Translations under genes and position numbers: made by a program
In this document: positions 59,301 to 64,000 of the stretch, piece by piece
Numbering within the stretch: position 1 is the first letter of the stretch
Layout of the letters: every line of letters starts with the position of its first letter
DNA from: Azolla caroliniana
Lineage: Eukaryota > Plantae > Polypodiophyta
Direction: 5' to 3'
NCBI GenBank assembly: GCA_043228905.1
Contig: JBHGNT010000005.1
Location: 7,812,001-7,876,000 of the forward strand
DNA: 64,000 nucleotides
Notes under the pieces: generated by a model
Database searches by the model: none
What the model was told of the DNA's origin: nothing
The model's input: only the letters and a program-made list of their open reading frames with translations

Positions 59301-61266
59301 CTTTTGTTCCAAATCTTATGATGATACAAAGGTTTTTGAAACATATGCATATCCAATCTAAATCTATCATACCATATGTCATAAGGAGAATCTCCAAGGT
59401 TCCTCTCATACAGCTCCACGGTCAATAAATCTTGGTAGAATTCAATTCATTGTTCGTTGCAATTTAGTCTCCATTTATAATTTCATTTCAATAATCATGA
59501 GGATCACGTTGTGTTTATACATGTTGTACTTTCATATCCTTGCTTTTGGACCAAAGAGACTATTCATTAATGATACCGACCGTCTTCTCTTAGAAAACAA
59601 AATATATGACCATACACTATATCGTATACATCTACAATATCAAAGATAGACAAGTGATTGTCTTAGTGTCAGTTTCACTACAATTTATTATGATGAGGAT
59701 TCCACTATTGGGATCATTAACATGCATTGTAGCTCATACTCATAGACCATTTGGGTGTTAAAGAGATAAGAAAAACTCACTTCACATCAACCTTGTACAA
59801 CACTTTCAAACGTTTCATAGGTTCAAATTTGGTATTATGTTGATCCACACCTCAAATCCTAAAAATGAGTGGAGGTCTCTAGCAATTTATATTTCATTGT
59901 TAGTGAGAGAGACAATACTTGAACTTGTCGTTAAAAATATGTATGGTAATTACATATTAGATACATACTTTGGACCACTAAAAAAATGTGTAGCCTCACG
60001 TAACTTGCAGAGTATTTTGAAAGATTTTCAATCTATAGAGACGAAAACGGCACCTAGTGTATTTGTCTCTTATCATTGAGGCTTTGTTTGAGTTTTTTGA
60101 ATGAACTTAATAGCCTTGTAAAGTACTATAAGTGTAGTACGAATTAGTATGATTAGCAACATGATAACGGGTTAAGGATATGTTGGATGAATATGAACGA
60201 TTTGTTTTCTCATCCTATGTTCTATTGAGATACTTGAGATTGACATGTTTAAACCATGCATTTGCACTAACATTCATTGTTGTAATGGATCCATGTCAAA
60301 TGCTTAGTACAAAATACTTTCCCTTCATTCTTTTGTTTACAGTTGGCCCTAGTAACCTAATTTATCAAAACATGGTAAAGTCAAAGGTGAGATCAAGGTT
60401 TGTTAGGATAGTAATTGGCCAGAAGTATTTTGACCTTGCAAAGATCTTGTGGGATTGTAGGGGTTTGAGTGACGGATTAGGTGGCAAACTAGAAAAGGTG
60501 TACACTATATGTGGGTAAACAAACATGCCATTTGTATATACACATAGCCATGTATCAAGAAAGGTAGTTTGGTCATAGCAAGCCAATGATTGTTAGGGTC
60601 GAATAAGGAGGAGGTTGGTTATAGCTTAAAACACAATGAATGGTTGGGATGGAGGGAGAGAAAGGCAGTGTGCATGGGCATAAGATTAAAGCACTAGTTG
60701 TCAGTAGGTAGCTAGGAAAGAGGAGATGGTTTCCAGGGGTGGGAGGGGTATGTGTTTGTGTTGACGGTCACGCGTGCGACGGTGGTGAGTCCAAGGGATC
60801 GATTGAGACGTGAAGGGGGTTGGTTTCCGAAGGGAGGTGCTAGAGGGGAGTTGGGGATGGGTGGAATATGATGGGGATGAGGCGAGAACAGAAGGAAGAG
60901 GCCCCAAAACTAGGGAGGAGCACGTGGTTCGCAAAAGTGTGGGTTTTGTAACCACCGCACTCTTCCTTGCCTTGCCTTGCCTTGCCTTTCCTTTCCTTCT
61001 TTTTTCTATATATCCCTCTCACTCAAGGAAAGGTGGGTAGGGTTTTGGGGAGGAGGGGGAGAGATAACATAACGGCCAAACTCATAATGGTTGCAATAAA
61101 ATAAAATAAAAAGATGGATAAACAAGCAAGCAAACATACATACATACATACATACATACATACATACATGGATGCATAACATACATACCTACATACATAC
61201 ATTATGCAAAGAGAAGGGAGGGGGGAAGTTTTTTAATAAAAACAACATTATGACCAATGAGAAGAT

Positions 61267-61305
61267 GACACGTGGATGACGGGAGATGGATGGCTGACAC
61301 GTGGC
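61267..61305 (+). promoter_or_regulatory. Paired G-box/ABRE elements upstream of the MAPKKK
   Basis: GACACGTGG (61267-61275) and GACACGTGGC (61296-61305), about 620-650 bp before the ATG. Confidence 0.55.
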
Positions 61306-61685
61306 CCGAGCAACACGCAGACACGGAGAGAGAGGACAGAGCGTTAGTATGAATGAACCATACGAACCATACCATACCTGCATTCGCATTCGAGAATGTT
61401 TCAATCATTCGAGTATATGATAAAAACACCGTCGAAGTCTTGGTAAATACCATACTTATGTATTCATTATTTATTATAAGGTAAATTGGTTTTAAGGTAA
61501 GGAAGTAAAGGTAAGAAGTGTGAAAAAGAAAGGCATAAGAATGTTTCGATACCAGACGCATTCGTTGGCATTCGTATGAGAGAGAATGGTTGCCAATGCA
61601 TTCGGAAATATTACTTACTATGGAACAGAGCAACTCTACTTCCCGTGTGTGTGTGTGTGTGTGTGGATGAGAGGCACAAAAAAGC

Positions 61686-61724
<39 letters not shown>

Positions 61725-61921
61725 CTCTGTTCTCTCTTTCTCTGTCTCTCTCTCTCTCTGTGTACTTTGTCTTATACCCCCCCACAAATTGATATATATA
61801 CATAAGCAGGAAAAGAATTGAAAGGAGAGAGGGCGAGAAACAGAGCAACTCCTTTCTGAACCATCTTTGCTCCGCTTCATCTTGCTCTGTTTCCCTTTAA
61901 ACTCAATATACGGGTGCCGCC

Positions 61922-63571
61922 ATGGCGGACCTCGATTCATCATCATCATCATTTTCTCTTTCTTCTTCTACACGAGAAACAGAGCTGATGATGAAGGAGT
62001 GGATCGATTGCGGCCCACTCGGGGAAGGATCGTTCGCTCGTGTCTCATTGGCTCTGGAGCCCCGAAGCGGCCAATTGTTCGCCGCCAAGTGGACGCCTCG
62101 ATGCTCCTCGGGGGCCCGCGGCCACCCATCTGCCGAGCTTCTCTCGCTGATGAACGAGGCGGAGATCCTCGGGTCTCTCTCGAAGACGAACGATCCCCAT
62201 TCTCCCTTCATCATTCCCCTCTTACGGGCTCCGGAACATTCTACGGCCGCACGATGCCAACAACATTCTTCTTCTTCTTCTTCTTCGATCGAAGAAGCGA
62301 CCGGCCATGGCTCGGAATTCACCCTCTTCCTTCAATTCATGGATTTGGGCTCCCTCCATGACCTTATCCGAAGGGAGGGCGGGAAGCTTCCGGAAGCTCG
62401 GGCGGCATCGATCGCGGGCCCGATCCTTAAGGGTTTGGAGTACCTCCACGCGAACCGGGTCGTGCATTGCGACATCAAGTCCCGCAACATTTTGCTCAAC
62501 TCCAATGGGGAGGTCAAAATCGCCGACTTCGGGGCATCACGAAGATTAGGGTTAGCCGACAATATCTCGCCGGACCCCAATTCTTGCCCTACCTTCCGAG
62601 GTACCCCTCTATGGATGGCACCCGAGGTTCTCCTCGGAATCCAGCAAGGACCCCCTTCTGATATCTGGTCTTTTGGATGTACCCTGGTAGAAATGCTTCA
62701 AGGTAGGCCTCCCTATGGCCATATCTCTAGTTTTGGAGCTGCCCTATTCAAAATTGCTTCTTCTTCTTCTTCTTCTTCATCAGAATCCTCTTCTTCCATC
62801 TTTCCTCCATTGCCGCCCACTATCTCAGCTTGCGCCCGCGATTTCTTGCTTCGATGTCTTCATCCCGACCCCTCATTGCGGTGGACGGCATCCCAACTTC
62901 TTAACCACCCATTCATTTGCAATCATATTGTAACCACCATCCGGGACCGAAAGATGGGCACCGACAGTGCAGATCGAACATCCGATTCTTGTTCCGAATC
63001 CTCGCCCTCGGAGCGCAACCAATCCTCACCGAGAAGCACTCTGCGCTTCGATGACTGCTTGAAATCGTTATCATCATCAGAATCATTAACCATGTTATCG
63101 ATGTCATCGTCTTCGATGGTATCAGAAATGGCTCTATCCTCAGCGAGGTTATCAGTTGACGAATCGGCGGCCGCAAGCATACTTGAACAAGCAGAGAATC
63201 ATGGTGATGATGATGATGATGATGAGGTGCAGAGCATGGATTGTAATGGGGATCAATCATTAAAGAGCTCCAATGGCATGGATTTTAATGGGGATCAATC
63301 ATTAAAGAACTCAAATGGCATGGATTTTAATGGGGATCAATCATTAAAGAGCTCAAATGGCATGGATTTTAAGGGGGATCAATCATTAAACAGCTCAAAT
63401 GGTTGGATTACTGTGAAGACCTCAAAAGGGTGGAGTCAAGAGAGGGCTGTAGAGCCATTCATGGGGACATATGGATCCGAATATTCTCCCCTCAAGATTC
63501 CCTTAAAGAGAGGATCAGAAGTGAGCTTAGAGTCTGCAGCATTCCTTCAGAGCAGTAATAGAAGAAGATGA
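61922..63571 (+). CDS. Intronless MEKK-like MAP kinase kinase kinase (MAPKKK15-21 / MAPKKK17-18-like), 549 aa
   Basis: LGEGSFARV, FAAK, HCDIKSRN, IADFG, GTPLWMAPEV, SDIWSFGCT, RWTASQLLNHPF. C-terminal SPRS and WITV motifs. Single uninterrupted ORF. Confidence 0.92.
   Translation: MADLDSSSSSFSLSSSTRETELMMKEWIDCGPLGEGSFARVSLALEPRSGQLFAAKWTPRCSSGARGHPSAELLSLMNEAEILGSLSKTNDPHSPFIIPLLRAPEHSTAARCQQHSSSSSSSIEEATGHGSEFTLFLQFMDLGSLHDLIRREGGKLPEARAASIAGPILKGLEYLHANRVVHCDIKSRNILLNSNGEVKIADFGASRRLGLADNISPDPNSCPTFRGTPLWMAPEVLLGIQQGPPSDIWSFGCTLVEMLQGRPPYGHISSFGAALFKIASSSSSSSSESSSSIFPPLPPTISACARDFLLRCLHPDPSLRWTASQLLNHPFICNHIVTTIRDRKMGTDSADRTSDSCSESSPSERNQSSPRSTLRFDDCLKSLSSSESLTMLSMSSSSMVSEMALSSARLSVDESAAASILEQAENHGDDDDDDEVQSMDCNGDQSLKSSNGMDFNGDQSLKNSNGMDFNGDQSLKSSNGMDFKGDQSLNSSNGWITVKTSKGWSQERAVEPFMGTYGSEYSPLKIPLKRGSEVSLESAAFLQSSNRRR
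63236..63403 (+). repeat. Coding 42-bp tandem repeat x4 (MDFNGDQSLKSSNG)
   Basis: ATGGATTTTAATGGGGATCAATCATTAAAGAGCTCAAATGGC units in frame in the kinase tail. Confidence 0.9.
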
Positions 63572-64000
63572 GGACCCAAAAGTGAGTTAGATTCATTGGG
63601 ATGCATTGTGATGGTGGATTCATCCAGCATTCTCTTAACTATTTTCCCCCTCCTCTTAACTTCTTTTTGACATGAAAATCATTACCCCCCACCCCTGTTT
63701 CTCTGTCTCTGCCTCTCTGATGGCCTTTTGCCATGTACATAAAATCAAGATCATATACACTGTATATACACACAAAGCAATCCCAATACATTTTGGCTTG
63801 CAATTGGATCCATTTCTCCATTCTGGTGCTTGGAACATATTTATGATCTCCAATTCCTTTTATGGCTGTACATTTCAAATTGTTTTTTTACGCTCTCGGG
63901 GGGTTCTCATTCGTTCGTTCGATCGAATAACTTACGATTTGCATTGCACTATCTTATATAACTATTAACAACTTCAAGAGACATTCGCAATCTCATTGGG

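Noticed and set aside
56400-60600. Short ORFs in the TKPR2-MAPKKK intergenic region
   Set aside because: No recognisable motifs, exon chains or terminal repeats that I could support.

Overview
Land-plant nuclear DNA, probably from a fern or other spore-bearing vascular plant (inferred from gene and TE types, not proven). There are four host genes: a 2-exon RING-CH/MARCH-type E3 ligase (-), a 9-exon BADC/BCCP-like gene (-), a 6-exon TKPR2-like reductase (+), and an intronless MAPKKK17/18-like kinase (+) with paired upstream ABREs. They sit among dense, nested transposons: a decayed Copia with two PPTs, hAT MITEs, a solo LTR, and a non-chromovirus Gypsy carrying a long extra 3' ORF and an intact, very young nested Copia. 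Also present are three chromovirus segments, an L1 LINE, two LINE-tail SINE-like copies and a Tc1/mariner-type shell. The most notable signal is tRNA-independent (Tf1-like) self-priming complementarity in two chromovirus families. In one of them the R-U5 part of the 5' LTR is inverted, with a breakpoint in that self-priming duplex. All coordinates were read by eye and no database search was run.
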